Shown: one piece after another, positions 38,113-38,158 of the stretch
Layout: every line of letters begins with the position of its first letter
Numbering within the stretch: the first letter of the stretch is position 1
Assembly: GCA_046757025.1 (NCBI GenBank)
Contig: JBHHXN010000031.1
Location: forward strand, 1-38,158
DNA: 38,158 nucleotides
Reading direction: 5' to 3'
DNA from: a bacterium
GTDB lineage: Bacteria; Zhuqueibacterota; Zhuqueibacteria; Oceanimicrobiales; Oceanimicrobiaceae
Translations under genes and position numbers: made by a program
The notes under the pieces: model-generated
What the model was told of the DNA's origin: nothing
The model's database searches: none
What the model saw: the letters and a program-made list of their open reading frames with translations, nothing else

Positions 38113-38157
38113 CACCTTGAGCCCTTCGACAAGCTCAGGATAAACTGCGTCGAAGGG
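38113..38157. repeat. Nested CCCTTCGAC...GCTCAGG hairpin mini-elements at the window edge
   Basis: CACCTTGAG[CCCTTCGACAAGCTCAGGATAAAC]TGCGTCGAAGGG; CCCTTCGAC and GTCGAAGGG form a perfect 9-bp inverted repeat. Confidence 0.7.
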
Positions 38158-38158
38158 T

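Noticed and set aside
1..38158. CRISPR array, tRNA/rRNA, riboswitch, transposase or prophage genes
   Set aside because: No regularly spaced direct repeats, cloverleaf or aptamer signatures, or mobile-element ORFs were recognised by eye. A covariance-model scan would be needed to exclude ncRNAs.

Overview
A 38 kb bacterial chromosomal segment with moderate-GC coding DNA and AT-rich spacers. The gene content (PorU-like C25 protein, carboxypeptidase-regulatory-domain TonB-dependent receptor, SpoIVB-like S55 peptidase, rho-rpmE-DUF1385-prfA-prmC block) suggests an FCB-related lineage such as KSB1 or Calditrichota; this taxonomy is inference. About 25 genes are visible, almost all on the minus strand: housekeeping genes (nrnA-like, PMM/PGM, prmC, prfA, rpmE, rho, folC, sod, cysQ-like, acyltransferase), envelope or secreted proteins, and a hybrid histidine kinase plus sigma-54 activator module. 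The most unusual signals are non-coding. (1) There is a nested ecosystem of small repeats with no transposase in the window. MITE-like shells with GTGTC...GACAC ends and 6-bp YANNTA target duplications carry unrelated cargos, including CGTC-type REP doublets, and these are invaded by ~25-28 nt hairpin mini-elements (GA|GCYTGNCC...GGA). Both an empty and a filled allele are visible, and a second MITE family has its central loop inverted between two copies. (2) Four -24/-12 sigma-54-type promoters suggest a local regulon: kinase, activator, TolB-like protein and TonB receptor. Also found: a 57-aa membrane-protein ORF missing from the ORF track just upstream of porU, and an intact M20 amidohydrolase homolog that has lost most metal ligands. 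All calls are by-eye motif recognition; no searches were run.
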